From: Minisyncoccia bacterium
Lineage (GTDB): Bacteria > Patescibacteriota > Minisyncoccia > Phycocordibacterales > Phycocordibacteraceae
Assembly: GCA_038212075.1 (NCBI GenBank)
Contig: JBBQUV010000002.1
Location: forward strand, 73,343 to 133,222
DNA: 59,880 nt
Reading direction: 5' to 3'
Each line of letters starts with the position of its first letter. The first letter of the stretch is position 1. The notes under the pieces are model-generated. The model did not search any database. It was not told where the DNA came from and was given only the letters and a program-made list of their open reading frames with translations. The translations under genes were made by a program, and so were the position numbers. Positions 33,809-43,632 of this stretch are shown here, in pieces.

Positions 33809-35187
33809 CCTTCTGCGGCGGTGCGGAAACGGTCACCGGTTCCAATTTTTTGATTGAATCCGAGAAAGGAAAAATGCTTATTGACTGCGGTATAGAACAA
33901 GGTGCTGATTTTTCTATGCAAGAGGTGTACGGACCATTTCCGTACGACGCATCTTCTATAGACGCTGTGGTGTTTACGCACGCTCACCTTGACCACGTTG
34001 GTCGCGCGCCAAAACTCGTGAAGGACGGTTTCCATGGCAAGGCATATATGACCGCACCCACACGCGATTTGGCAGAGCTTATCCTTACTGACAGCATCAA
34101 CATTCTCGCCGAAGAAGCGAAGCGTCTTCATCGCGAACCACTCTATTCCGCTGAAGATGTTACGAAGTTTTTTGCACTCGTAGAAACCATTCCGTATAAC
34201 CAAGAAAAAGTGGTTGCGCCCGGGCTTTCTGTGTATCTGCGCACCACCGGCCATATTCTTGGTTCTGCGAGTGTCCGCATTAAGGCTGAAGATGGCACCG
34301 CCATCGCGTTTACGGGCGATATAGGCAACAGCCCGTCGCCGTACTTGTATGACCCCGAACCGATTCCGGACGCCGATGTGATTTTTATTGAAAGCGTGTA
34401 TGGCGACCGCCTGCACCAGCATCGCGACACGAGAACGGCAGAACTACGTGACGCGATGAAACTTGCTCTTGAAAAGGGTGGTGTGGTGCTTATGCCTGCT
34501 TTTTCTATGGAGCGTACGCAGTTAATGCTTTATGAGCTTTCAAATTTGTTTGAATCAGGAGACCTACCAAAAGTTCCGGTGTTTCTTGATTCACCACTGG
34601 CGATTGCGGTTACCGATGTATACAAAAAGTACGCAAACGACTATTTCAAACCGGAAGTGCAGGATGAACTCCATCGCGAACACGATTTATTTGGTTTTCC
34701 GTTTCTCACTAAAACGGCGGATAGAAAAGAATCAGCAGAAATTGATAAGGCACCGAATCCAAAAATCATTATTGCTGGCGCGGGAATGAGTCATGGCGGT
34801 CGTATCGGAAGACACGAAGTCCGATACTTGCCCGACCCCTCCACTACGCTCTTTATTGTGGGCTACCAAGCTCCTGGAAGCCCAGGACGGCTTCTTCAAG
34901 AGGGTTCGCCTAAGGTACGGCTTGATGGGCAAGATGTTCATGTGCGTGCAAAAGTACAAACACTCTCGGCATGGTCAGCGCACGCCGATAGGGATGGACT
35001 TATCGCGTTTGCGGACAAATGTCTTGAGGCCGGAAGAACGAAACTCTTTTTCGTTGGACTTGGCGAACCTTCTTCTGCACGTTTTCTTGCACAACGCATT
35101 CACGACTATCTTGGCACCAAGGCCGTAGTCCCCGTAGCGGGGGAGAAGTGGGAGATTGCAAAAGGGAGTTTCAAAAAAATCTCCTAA
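33793..35187 (+). CDS. MBL-fold beta-CASP family RNA-metabolising hydrolase (RNase J/CPSF-like)
   Basis: 464 aa. FTHAHLDHVGRAP (HxHxDH), later GDIGN..., ESVYGDR, SAWSAHADRDGL (beta-CASP motifs). Confidence 0.8.
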   Translation: MALRVTFCGGAETVTGSNFLIESEKGKMLIDCGIEQGADFSMQEVYGPFPYDASSIDAVVFTHAHLDHVGRAPKLVKDGFHGKAYMTAPTRDLAELILTDSINILAEEAKRLHREPLYSAEDVTKFFALVETIPYNQEKVVAPGLSVYLRTTGHILGSASVRIKAEDGTAIAFTGDIGNSPSPYLYDPEPIPDADVIFIESVYGDRLHQHRDTRTAELRDAMKLALEKGGVVLMPAFSMERTQLMLYELSNLFESGDLPKVPVFLDSPLAIAVTDVYKKYANDYFKPEVQDELHREHDLFGFPFLTKTADRKESAEIDKAPNPKIIIAGAGMSHGGRIGRHEVRYLPDPSTTLFIVGYQAPGSPGRLLQEGSPKVRLDGQDVHVRAKVQTLSAWSAHADRDGLIAFADKCLEAGRTKLFFVGLGEPSSARFLAQRIHDYLGTKAVVPVAGEKWEIAKGSFKKIS

Positions 35188-35192
35188 AGCCT

Positions 35193-36155
35193 ATGGAAGG
35201 TCCTAAAAGGCAGGAAGGTAGCCGCATAGAAATTCCGGCAGGGACACGGATAACTATAACGAAGAAAAGTCTTCAAGAAGGGAAGGACTCAGTTGTTGCT
35301 GTAGGAGAAAGTACGACTGGCATTCTGCTTTCGCCTGTTGCGGTCGGCAGTTTTGCGGCGCTTGATAACGGTTTACGTACAAGCACTATACGAAACGTAC
35401 GACATGAAGGCGGTAAAACATTTATAACCACCCATACATCGCTTTACGAGATTTCGCCAGAATTTAATGGCCTTACTTATCACTCAGAGACTGGTGACAT
35501 AACCTTGCCACGAGATGCACACATTGCTCCTTTGCGAGAAGGCAATGCGCCATTGTTTGAGGCGGCACCTTCAAGTTCGGTGGAAGCCGTTCGAGTGAAG
35601 ATAGATCGTGAAGCCCTGCAAGGAGTTTTGCTGGAAGTTGGAGGAGGTGTGGTGCATGCCATTGATGAACGATACTTTGTACTCGCAAAAGTAGGGAACG
35701 CACATATTCCTTTTTACCGTTCTTCAAATGGCACGAGTGGAAAGAAACGTGGCGCGTGGTATCCATTTTTTGGCCATACGGGAAGCTGGGTAATAAAAGG
35801 AGATATACAACCTAATGGGAAAATGCCTTACCACCCAGAAATTACAAGAGTGAATGATCTTCTCAATGAACACCTTACGTTGCCAGATCCGCGCTATGTC
35901 GACACTGAATACAAATTGCGCACTAAAGACGGAAGGGTGCTCTATGACATAAATAAAGAAATTCCGATGCGAGACATGCGCAACACTCCAGAATGGAAGG
36001 AACGAGGTATGCTCGATTACAAAGTAAAGGCATACGTTGAAAGAATGACCGGATATGCCCCGCATCGGCTGGATGACTACCATCCTTATGACGGTGATTC
36101 CGCACGCGAAAAAGCCGCAAGAGAATGGATTTCAGCCGTCGTTACAAGGATTTAA
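35193..36155 (+). CDS. hypothetical protein (320 aa)
   Basis: Long ORF ending at the bidirectional terminator 36158..36186. No family recognised. Confidence 0.55.
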   Translation: MEGPKRQEGSRIEIPAGTRITITKKSLQEGKDSVVAVGESTTGILLSPVAVGSFAALDNGLRTSTIRNVRHEGGKTFITTHTSLYEISPEFNGLTYHSETGDITLPRDAHIAPLREGNAPLFEAAPSSSVEAVRVKIDREALQGVLLEVGGGVVHAIDERYFVLAKVGNAHIPFYRSSNGTSGKKRGAWYPFFGHTGSWVIKGDIQPNGKMPYHPEITRVNDLLNEHLTLPDPRYVDTEYKLRTKDGRVLYDINKEIPMRDMRNTPEWKERGMLDYKVKAYVERMTGYAPHRLDDYHPYDGDSAREKAAREWISAVVTRI

Positions 36156-36157
36156 TG

Positions 36158-36186
36158 CAAAAAACCGCCCTTTCGGGCGGTTTTTT
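36158..36186. terminator. bidirectional terminator aaaaaaccgccc-tttc-gggcggttttttt
   Basis: Same ccgccc/gggcgg stem as the 11206 family, with a TTTC loop. Lies between convergent ORF 35193..36155 and rplT. Confidence 0.65.
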
Positions 36187-36188
36187 GT

Positions 36189-36536
36189 TTATACGACCTG
36201 CTTTGCTACTCGGGTGAAAATTTCTGGGTGGTCTTTTGCGAGGGTAGAGAGTACTTTGCGATCAAGCTGGATACCACCTTTCTTCAATTTGCTAATGAAG
36301 GTTGAATACGACTTGTGGCCGTTGTCACGCACGGCGGCATTAAGGCGCACAATCCAAAGCTGGCGGAAGTCCGTTTTTTTATCTTTGCGGTGATTGAACG
36401 CGTACTTTCCCGCGTGTACGAGTGCTTCTTTTGCAAAACGTTCCTTTTTGGAACGGATACCGCGGTATCCTTTCGCGCGCTTTAATATGTTGCGGCGGCG
36501 TTTTGCGGCGATGATTCCTCCTTTGACTCGTGACAT
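36189..36536 (-). CDS. rplT: 50S ribosomal protein L20
   Basis: 115 aa. MSRVKGGIIAAKRRRNILKRAKGYRG...DRKVLSTLA. Confidence 0.96.
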   Translation of the reverse strand: MSRVKGGIIAAKRRRNILKRAKGYRGIRSKKERFAKEALVHAGKYAFNHRKDKKTDFRQLWIVRLNAAVRDNGHKSYSTFISKLKKGGIQLDRKVLSTLAKDHPEIFTRVAKQVV

Positions 36537-36562
36537 ACGATTGAATTAAATGATTATTGAAA

Positions 36563-36748
36563 TTACACTCCCGGGAAGAAGCGACGGCGTGCTTTGTTGC
36601 TGATAGCAAGTGACACTGTGCGACGCTTCGCACCCTTTGTGCTACTGCGCTCTTTTGCGTTGAAATGGTTCTGACCTTTTGCGCGCGCGATAAGCTTTCC
36701 CGTCTTAGTGACGCGAATACGCTTGGTGTATGACTTATTTGTTTTCAT
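36563..36748 (-). CDS. rpmI: 50S ribosomal protein L35
   Basis: MKTNKSYTKRIRVTKTGKLIARAKGQNHF. Start at the internal ATG 36748. Confidence 0.9.
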   Translation of the reverse strand: MKTNKSYTKRIRVTKTGKLIARAKGQNHFNAKERSSTKGAKRRTVSLAISNKARRRFFPGV

Positions 36749-37304
36749 GGTTGGTTGTTTTTTCTGTTTTCTCTCGCTTCGACTGCGCCGCAAGGTCGCG
36801 TTCTATCACTCCAGCAAATCCTTTCGGGCTTCTCCCGACCGGCTCTGCCATTTTGTACGCGTACGGGATCAGCTGGAGAAATTTCTCAAGGCGAGCCTTA
36901 AGAAATGCCTCGTCCATTCCTTTGTAACGGCCCTTAAGGAAGAGCTCAGCACGTACGCGGTGCCCTTCAGCGAGCCATTCAGCTCCCTTTTTGGCCTTAA
37001 GCATCATATCGTGCTCCCCAGTGCCCACCTTAATCTGAACCTCTTTGGTTTCTGAGACCTTGGCTTTGGCGCGTGCGGCGCTCTCTTTCTTGCTCCGTTC
37101 GTACTCAAATTTACCATAATCCATCACTTTCGCAACGGGCGGCACCGCTGAGGGCGAGATCTCAATAAGGTCCAAACCGGCGTCTTCAGCCGCCTTTAGG
37201 GCCTCAGATAGCGAGATAACCCCAAGGTTCTCACCTTGGGCGCCTATGACTCGAAGCTCCTTCGAGCGTATCTCACGATTGATGCGTACGGGTTCGTTTA
37301 GCAA
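36735..37304 (-). CDS. infC: translation initiation factor IF-3 (non-ATG TTG start) with Lys/Glu-rich C-terminal tail
   Basis: INREIRSKELRVIGAQGENLGVISLSEALKAAEDAGLDLIEISP...KVMDYGKFEYE. Operon order is infC-rpmI-rplT. Confidence 0.93.
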   Translation of the reverse strand: MLNEPVRINREIRSKELRVIGAQGENLGVISLSEALKAAEDAGLDLIEISPSAVPPVAKVMDYGKFEYERSKKESAARAKAKVSETKEVQIKVGTGEHDMMLKAKKGAEWLAEGHRVRAELFLKGRYKGMDEAFLKARLEKFLQLIPYAYKMAEPVGRSPKGFAGVIERDLAAQSKREKTEKTTNHENK

Positions 37305-37321
37305 GGGAAGTTCGTGTCCGT

Positions 37322-37350
37322 GACTATAGCACGCAGTTATACACCCGACA
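37322..37350 (-). promoter_or_regulatory. candidate promoter of infC-rpmI-rplT
   Basis: On the minus strand: TTGTCG (37350..37345), 17 nt, TATAGT (37327..37322), about 18 nt before the TTG start. Confidence 0.4.
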
Positions 37351-37370
37351 ACTCGTATGGACGAAAAATC

Positions 37371-37598
37371 ATGATAGTCTTCGCCTGTTCAGCTTGGGAG
37401 GAACAGGTGAGAAACAAACCGTTCGTATGGGAGCGTACCGCAACACCTGCGGAAGACGAGTGGAAGGCAGAGCTTGCGACTGACATCTTTCTTGGCGTCA
37501 TCGCACTCAGCGCCGCTGGGGTTTTCCTTGTTTACGCATATTTCGTTTCGTACGGAGTGGTCGCGCAAGCGGCAAGTCAGCACTGGCTGTCCCATTAG
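37371..37598 (+). CDS. small hypothetical membrane protein (75 aa)
   Basis: C-terminal TM DIFLGVIALSAAGVFLVYAYFVSYGV. A 13-bp-stem hairpin plus T-run at 37621..37660 follows on the plus strand. Confidence 0.4.
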   Translation: MIVFACSAWEEQVRNKPFVWERTATPAEDEWKAELATDIFLGVIALSAAGVFLVYAYFVSYGVVAQAASQHWLSH

Positions 37599-37654
37599 AA
37601 GGACTCCAGACTTTTCTTCCGCAAAGGTTCGCTCTTTTTGGGAGCGGACCTTTG

Positions 37655-38386
37655 TTATTTTTTACGGTCCTTCCTTTTGTTTTTACCCAAAAGTCCAGCA
37701 ATGAAAGGAAGATACATATCGTCTTCTGGAGAAATACGCAGTTCGTTTTTGTTCACTCGTTCGGCGAACACGACCGGCGCGTCTTCGATTACGGCAAGTG
37801 GCTGAGATTCATTTCCTTCGCCCATCACGAGTGCGGCGGCGGTTGAAAGGCTGTCGACAACACCTACGCGTTCAAATTTAAACAAACGGCCAAAAATGTC
37901 GGGTGTGCCGCGATAATCACGTAGCCCCTTCATGCCGGCATAGCCAAGCGCGAGTGCCATCACTCCGGCACGAAGTGGAACGGTTCGACTGTCTGGAATA
38001 ATCACGCCAAGATTTTTCACACCGTATGCCTTCATCAGTACAGTACGGAGTTTCGCGGCAGACTTATAGCAATCTTTGGGGAGCAAGATAAATTTGCCGT
38101 GTTCAGAATTTGATTCATCAATACCTGCAGAGGCAACAACGAGGCCGTCTTTGAGGGTGAGCCACACCCATTTGGTGGGTACGGCGTAATCGCTTTCTGC
38201 ACGAATCAGTTTTTCTTTGGTAGTTAAGTCGACACGTTCGTGGGTACGCCCTTCAGCAAGCGCGACGATTTTACTGGTCACCACGAGTACAGAGTTTTCT
38301 TTTAGTTTTGGAATGTGCTCGCGGATAAATGTTTCAAGATTTTCGTTTTCCTTGAATACTCGCGTTTTAATTGGACGTACCTGCAT
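37655..38386 (-). CDS. F420-0:gamma-glutamyl ligase (CofE)-like family protein
   Basis: 243 aa. LVVTSKIVALAEGR, ASAGIDESN and GVIIPDSR match the CofE/F420_ligase fold pattern. Confidence 0.65.
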   Translation of the reverse strand: MQVRPIKTRVFKENENLETFIREHIPKLKENSVLVVTSKIVALAEGRTHERVDLTTKEKLIRAESDYAVPTKWVWLTLKDGLVVASAGIDESNSEHGKFILLPKDCYKSAAKLRTVLMKAYGVKNLGVIIPDSRTVPLRAGVMALALGYAGMKGLRDYRGTPDIFGRLFKFERVGVVDSLSTAAALVMGEGNESQPLAVIEDAPVVFAERVNKNELRISPEDDMYLPFIAGLLGKNKRKDRKK

Positions 38387-38390
38387 GGGA

Positions 38391-39038
38391 TTATTCAGTG
38401 GTTATCGGTTTCGCACGCAACAAGTACAGACCAAGATAAGAGAGGGGAGTGTAGAGAATGCCCATTGCAATCTTAAAGAGCCACCAGCTCACCATAATTA
38501 CCACCAGTTTTTCGTTTGGGTAGACGCCATAGAGTGCGATGGTCATGAAGATAATCGTATCGAAGGCTTGCGACCAAATGTTTGAAATCGTTGAACGAAG
38601 CCAGAAATATTTTGCTACACGGGATTTTACAAAGAAGAACGAAATAACATCTTGGTATTCGCCAACGGCGTAGGCAATAAGAGACGCGATAGCGAAGCGT
38701 GCAGACACGCCAAAGATAGTTCCATACGCACTTTGTGCCCATGCGCCGTCTGGCGACCATGGTGCCGCAAGTGAAATAAGCGTGTATGCAAGATAGAGTG
38801 CGGTGGAGATAAGTCCGGCAAGCACAAAAAACTTTGCCATCTGTTTGCCGTATCGCTCACCAATCACGTCGGTCATGATGAACACGATAGGGAACATAAA
38901 CACGCCGACAGAAAGGTGCAGACCAAATGGCCCCGGCATAAGTTTAATGCCAAGGGTATTCGCCGCCATAAGCGAGGTGATGTAAATGGAAAGAGCAATC
39001 AGAATGTTGCGGTAATCGCGAGTAGAAAGAGTAGGCAT
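38391..39038 (-). CDS. queuosine-precursor transporter, YhhQ/VUT (DUF165) family
   Basis: 215 aa, 6 TM. FPIVFIMTDVIGERYGKQMA...YAVGEYQDV...SQAFDTIIF. Confidence 0.75.
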   Translation of the reverse strand: MPTLSTRDYRNILIALSIYITSLMAANTLGIKLMPGPFGLHLSVGVFMFPIVFIMTDVIGERYGKQMAKFFVLAGLISTALYLAYTLISLAAPWSPDGAWAQSAYGTIFGVSARFAIASLIAYAVGEYQDVISFFFVKSRVAKYFWLRSTISNIWSQAFDTIIFMTIALYGVYPNEKLVVIMVSWWLFKIAMGILYTPLSYLGLYLLRAKPITTE

Positions 39039-39081
39039 TTCGCCAGCTTACGGCGCGAACTGGTTCCTTGCAAATGGAGAT

Positions 39082-40116
39082 ATGTTCGTTGGTATACTGA
39101 CGGCAATGAGCGAAACATTTGAACCTGGAGCGTGGCGCAATGAGAAAGCGCCTGAAGAAATACCGTTTGGGGAACGGTTACGGCTCTTGCGTCTGCGTAT
39201 TGGGAAAGCAGAGCAGCGCTCTGATGATCAAGAAGTTAGGCTCCTTGAGGCCGAGATACGTGCGACGGAAGCAGGGAAACTATTTGATCGTGAGGAATTT
39301 CTCCGTGAAGAAGAAAAAAAGAAACAGCGATCAAAAAGTGATGTACTCCGTGAAATGCAGGGTCTAAATGGCTCGGGAGAAAAAGATATCTGGAACTATG
39401 ACGGTATGTACTCCGAACATTCTGAAGCTGGTTATGACGAAGCGTTTTTAACACTGCTACATAAACTTAATTATGAAAGCATTGCCAGGTTAGTTCATGA
39501 ACGAGCTGGTGAACTAAAACGTCCGCTTTAGGTATTGGATTTGTTTGGCGGAGCATATTTCCTCACTAACTTAGAAGATGTTTCAACTATTACCGGAGCA
39601 AGGTTGAAGAACGTAGACGAGGATATGCGGATTGAAGCCGAGGCTAATTGGATTCGTGCTCACCGACAACAAGAGCTTGAAGATCTCGTTTCGAACCCTA
39701 AACGTGAAATCATTGAAGGGAATCTCTACACCAGTAAGTCGTGGAATCGTATTAAAGAAAAGATACAGAACGAAACAGATGGGTTTGATCTCATTGCGTG
39801 TCGTCCGCAAGGTCCGTTCGGACACTTCGCATCGAAGCAAACAGAAACTATTCAAGATGTGATAGAAACAGACTCCAACTCAAAGGAAGAGCTATTTGTC
39901 ATGCTATTAGAAAGGACACTCAAACTACTTTCTCCCGATGGCGGCATCTTGCTCACGCAAGTTCCTGTGATGGGCACAAAGCCAAAAATTGCCGCCGCTT
40001 TTTGGAAAGAATATTTGGAACGGAAGCATGCCGAAGGGTACGAATTTATTTTTGAAAGTGATCATCACGAAATGGGGGATAGTATGGCGGTAATTCGTCG
40101 TCGTATATCACCATAA
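39082..40116 (+). pseudogene. class-I methyltransferase-like gene split by a single in-frame TAG (39529..39531) just before motif I
   Basis: ORFs 39082..39531 and 39535..40116 share one frame. Junction reads ...ELKRPL-TAG-V-LDLFGGAYFL (motif I-like VLDLFGG). Later FDLIACRPQGPF and LKLLSPDGGILLTQVP are motif IV and post-I like. Confidence 0.45.
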
Positions 40117-40180
40117 CGGGTACGGTATTGGTACCCCACACAGTAATTGTGTTTTTTGTAAAAAATGGCAATATGTCCTT

Positions 40181-40837
40181 ATGTCACTATTCACGAAATA
40201 CCGCACCTTTATTATCGTTGTGCTCGCCCTTATTATCATCGCTCTTGTGTGGATGTTCGGCTTTTCAGCCCCAGACAACACTCCTGTAGTCCGTTCCACG
40301 CCCGCAGTGGGCACACAGTTTAAAAGCGGTAACTTCTCGTTTTCCTATCCTTCAGGAAGCGACCCCAAGGAATATGCTACCGGTGTAGTGTCTGTGGGAG
40401 GTAACACCAAGAGCGGCGGCTTCATTTCGATCGTTGACGTTGTTCGCTACAAAAGTGACCTTCAGTCCACGGCTCCAGTGAGCTTTGACGCCTATATGAA
40501 AACACAGGCGGCATCGTTCTGCGGTTCAGATAGTGCAAAATATGTTGTGACGTGTACCAATCCAGTTGTGACTCCTTACAAAAACGGCACAGGGGCTACT
40601 GCATATCAAATGTCTCTAACGCTCTCAAAAAAAGATACTGCGACAGGCAAGACAACGACGTCTACGTACTCGCCTATCTACGTGTTTAACACCACGCAAC
40701 CAGCAACAGCAGGAGAGAAGACTCGCTATGAAGGCATCTTCATTTACCCAACGTTCTCTACGTTTAGTTTGGTCGGTACGACCTCTCCCGCACTCGTAGA
40801 AAGCATCGCATCCTCAATGGTGGTTACGGGAAGTTAA
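40181..40837 (+). CDS. membrane-anchored extracytoplasmic hypothetical protein (218 aa)
   Basis: N-terminal TM FIIVVLALIIIALVWMF followed by a Ser/Thr-rich beta-type sequence. Terminator at 40897..40924. Confidence 0.55.
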   Translation: MSLFTKYRTFIIVVLALIIIALVWMFGFSAPDNTPVVRSTPAVGTQFKSGNFSFSYPSGSDPKEYATGVVSVGGNTKSGGFISIVDVVRYKSDLQSTAPVSFDAYMKTQAASFCGSDSAKYVVTCTNPVVTPYKNGTGATAYQMSLTLSKKDTATGKTTTSTYSPIYVFNTTQPATAGEKTRYEGIFIYPTFSTFSLVGTTSPALVESIASSMVVTGS

Positions 40838-40896
40838 GAAGGTTCTCTGCCCGCTAAGGTTTATTCCGTATTGGTTGTGGAAGAAGGTGGAATAAT

Positions 40897-40924
40897 AAAA
40901 AAACCGCCCAAGGGCGGTTTTTTT
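40897..40924 (+). terminator. terminator aaaaaaaccgccc-aa-gggcggttttttt
   Basis: Same ccgccc/gggcgg stem family. Confidence 0.65.
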
Positions 40925-41032
40925 ATTTGTGAACCCTATACCATTTTGATACGTGCGTCCTACAGGCGCTAGGTGTTATGTGGTATAGTTTTTGCAGTTC
41001 ACCACACTTATAAAAAACACCACCCCTCTTTC

Positions 41033-42349
41033 ATGAAACAGTTTACTCGCATTGCCGTTATTTCATTCATATTTTTATTCACATTTTTTCCTGCGCTGGC
41101 ACAAACGAGCAGTACGCAAATGCAAATAACAGCGCTCCTTGCGCAAATTAAACAGCTACAAGCGCAACTGATGCAGTTGCAGGGACAGACCAGTGAACAG
41201 TCCAACTGCGTTGATCTCTCAAGCGATTTAACGCTCGGTTCAACCGGAAGTGATGTGACGAGTTTGCAAAATTACCTCATCAAAAGTGGCGTTCTGAGCG
41301 CGCAGTACAACACCGGATATTACGGGTTCCTCACTGCTCAGGCAGTAGGAAAAATCCAAATGAATCTTAGTGTGCTTACTTCCGTAACTGATTCTTCGTA
41401 TGGCATCACAGGCCCTAAGACACGAGCCGCGCTTAGCTGTCATAGCCCCACGAGTGTCCCTCCGGTGGCGCCCGCGCAGTCTTCTCACTCACTTACGGCA
41501 TCCTGCACAGGCACACCGTACAACAGCGGAACTGCTGGAACGAGTTGGCACGTAAGTGCCTCAGGCGGCACCGGCTCTTACTCCTACCAATGGACTCTTG
41601 CGAATGACAACATGAGTACCGGCATTAGCGGCACGTCGGCTGACTTGCAACAATCAAGTCTCTTGGCAACCTATGGCTCCACTGGAACAAAGAGTGCCAC
41701 GGTCGTTATAAGGAGCGGTAGTCAAAACGTCACTGCTGGTTGTTCGGCAACAATTAGCGGCCCTACACCGACACTCAGTAACATCACTCCAAGCAGTGGT
41801 TCAAATAACACCGCAGTGATGCTTTACGGCACTAATCTTTCCAAGGCGACTGAGGTTGATTTCTATCACTCAAACGGCCTGCTTGGTTGGACAGTGCCTT
41901 CTTCCGCTTCCAACATCTCTATTTCTGCCTACAGCATCACCATCACTATTAGTGGAGCTGTTCTTGGGCTGGCTGGCCCCGATGTATATCAGGCTAAAGT
42001 AGTGACGCCGAGTGGCACAAGTAATGCAAAAAGCTTCACGCTCACCGCGCAATCATCCTCAGCCCCCACACTTACCAATATCAGTCCGACGAGTGGTGGA
42101 GATCATACGCATGTTACGCTCTCCGGAACCAATCTTGGCAACGCGACCGAGGTTGATTTCTACAACTCGAGCGGCCAACTTCAGGCGACGATTCCGTCGA
42201 CTGCTTCGAACATTTCCATCTCTGCCAACAGCATCTCCATTACCATTGAAGGTGGTTTCGTGGGAATGGTAGACGCCGGTATCTATCAAGTGAAAGTACT
42301 GACGCCAAATGGTACGAGTAATGCAGAGAGTTTTACGCTCAATCACTAA
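41033..42349 (+). CDS. secreted surface protein: signal peptide, Gln/Leu coiled segment, PG_binding_1-like domain, two IPT/TIG-like Ig repeats
   Basis: MKQFTRIAVISFIFLFTFFPALAQT signal. LGSTGSDVTSLQNYLIKSGVL...GYYGFLTAQAV. Two units of about 95 aa read PTLSNITPSSG...TEVDFY...SFTL and PTLTNISPTSG...TEVDFY...SFTL. Confidence 0.65.
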   Translation: MKQFTRIAVISFIFLFTFFPALAQTSSTQMQITALLAQIKQLQAQLMQLQGQTSEQSNCVDLSSDLTLGSTGSDVTSLQNYLIKSGVLSAQYNTGYYGFLTAQAVGKIQMNLSVLTSVTDSSYGITGPKTRAALSCHSPTSVPPVAPAQSSHSLTASCTGTPYNSGTAGTSWHVSASGGTGSYSYQWTLANDNMSTGISGTSADLQQSSLLATYGSTGTKSATVVIRSGSQNVTAGCSATISGPTPTLSNITPSSGSNNTAVMLYGTNLSKATEVDFYHSNGLLGWTVPSSASNISISAYSITITISGAVLGLAGPDVYQAKVVTPSGTSNAKSFTLTAQSSSAPTLTNISPTSGGDHTHVTLSGTNLGNATEVDFYNSSGQLQATIPSTASNISISANSISITIEGGFVGMVDAGIYQVKVLTPNGTSNAESFTLNH

Positions 42350-42363
42350 CATATCTTCCATCA

Positions 42364-42411
42364 CAGAAAAAAGAAAAACCGCATAACGCGGTTTTTCTTT
42401 TTTCTGTGGAA
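42364..42411. repeat. 48-bp perfect direct repeat, copy 1 (40-nt palindromic terminator hairpin plus ctgtggaa)
   Basis: cagaaaaaagaaaaaccgcataacgcggtttttcttttttctgtggaa is identical at 43818..43865. Confidence 0.9.
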
Positions 42412-42420
42412 GTGGGGGAG
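42405..42420 (-). repeat. tmRNA 3'-end-like fragment, copy 1
   Basis: tgtggaagtgggggag compared with the ssrA 3' end ggtggaagtggggag (44803..44817). Identical to 43633..43648. Confidence 0.7.
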
Positions 42421-42464
42421 TGGAGAAAAGAGAAAGGCGCCCCCACAAGGAGGAGCGCCTGTTC

Positions 42465-42821
42465 TTACTGTATGCCCGTAGTTGTTCGTAGTGCTTCTGC
42501 GCCCCACAATTTATAAAAACTGTCAGGGAGCGGAAGAAGCGGCGCAATCTTATTGTCCATGAAGAATTTGTGTTCCTTCTGGGCAAGCTCCGACGTTTCG
42601 AAGAACGCGATGAGCGGGTGTTGCATGCCACAGCAGAAGATAAGTCCTGCCGGCTGTGTGTAGAGGGTGTCGTCGTCGGGGTACTTGACGAAGACGGCGA
42701 CCTTCCCTGCACAGAACAGTTTTCCGCAGGTAGGGCAGTGCTGTCTCATGTTTTCTGGATGCTTGTACGCACCAACAAGCATTTTGCCTTTCGTTACAGC
42801 TTCCTTGATCCGGTCATTCAT
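42465..42821 (-). CDS. hypothetical protein (118 aa) with a CxxC pair
   Basis: ORF with a hairpin plus T-run downstream on the minus strand (42433..42460). Contains HCPTCGKLFC. Confidence 0.45.
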   Translation of the reverse strand: MNDRIKEAVTKGKMLVGAYKHPENMRQHCPTCGKLFCAGKVAVFVKYPDDDTLYTQPAGLIFCCGMQHPLIAFFETSELAQKEHKFFMDNKIAPLLPLPDSFYKLWGAEALRTTTGIQ

Positions 42822-42935
42822 TGAAAGAACTCCTTTGAGAACTTACGAAGCTTAGATGTCGCTAAGTAGAAAACCAAATTTTTAATCAAATTATACGGAA
42901 TTGTATCTTTTTGTTATAAATGATAGTTTGTTGAG

Positions 42936-43580
42936 ATGAAGACGATACAAGACTCTGTTCATCAGCTCATATACAACGATGAAGAGGCACTCTATGCGCT
43001 TGCAAAGGGCTATATGAACCTCTCCGCGTACGCTGACATTATCCATACGCAGGTGGAGACCGAAACGATGAAGGACGTAAAGACACCGAGCATCGTGGTC
43101 GCACTCTCGCGTATCCAAAAGACAATCGGTGCTGTCCACCCGCTGGTCGAGAATGTCGAACTCAAGAACATCACCACCAAATCACCACTCTCCGAAATTG
43201 TGTTCGAGAAAACAGAAGTACTCCTTGACGAACTCCCGGCATTCTATGAAAAAGTACGTGCAGGGAGTGATGATTTTTTGAGCACAATACTCAGCACAAC
43301 TGAAATCACAATGCTCTGCTCCGATCGCATTCGAAAAGAAGTGCTTTTCCATTTCAAACAGAAACCAAAAGTAATAACGGGGAACTTGGCATCTATCGGG
43401 CTCTCGATAGATGAAAAGTACTACCCGATGTCGAATATCACGTTCTCGCTACTTCGCAAGATTGCAGAGAAGCACATTCCTCTGGCAGAAACAGTGACCA
43501 CACATGCCGAGATAATTTTCGTCTTTGACAAGCAATACCTTGCAGAAATTGTTGGACTCTTCCAGGACAACGTAGGCTAG
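42936..43580 (+). CDS. hypothetical protein (214 aa), possibly ACT-like repeats
   Basis: ORF followed by a hairpin at 43604..43627. The ACT-like suggestion is an impression from the sequence pattern only. Confidence 0.45.
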   Translation: MKTIQDSVHQLIYNDEEALYALAKGYMNLSAYADIIHTQVETETMKDVKTPSIVVALSRIQKTIGAVHPLVENVELKNITTKSPLSEIVFEKTEVLLDELPAFYEKVRAGSDDFLSTILSTTEITMLCSDRIRKEVLFHFKQKPKVITGNLASIGLSIDEKYYPMSNITFSLLRKIAEKHIPLAETVTTHAEIIFVFDKQYLAEIVGLFQDNVG

Positions 43581-43632
43581 TTTGGTAGTGCGTCGCACAA
43601 GACAAAAAGCCGCTTTCGCGGGTTTTTATCTT

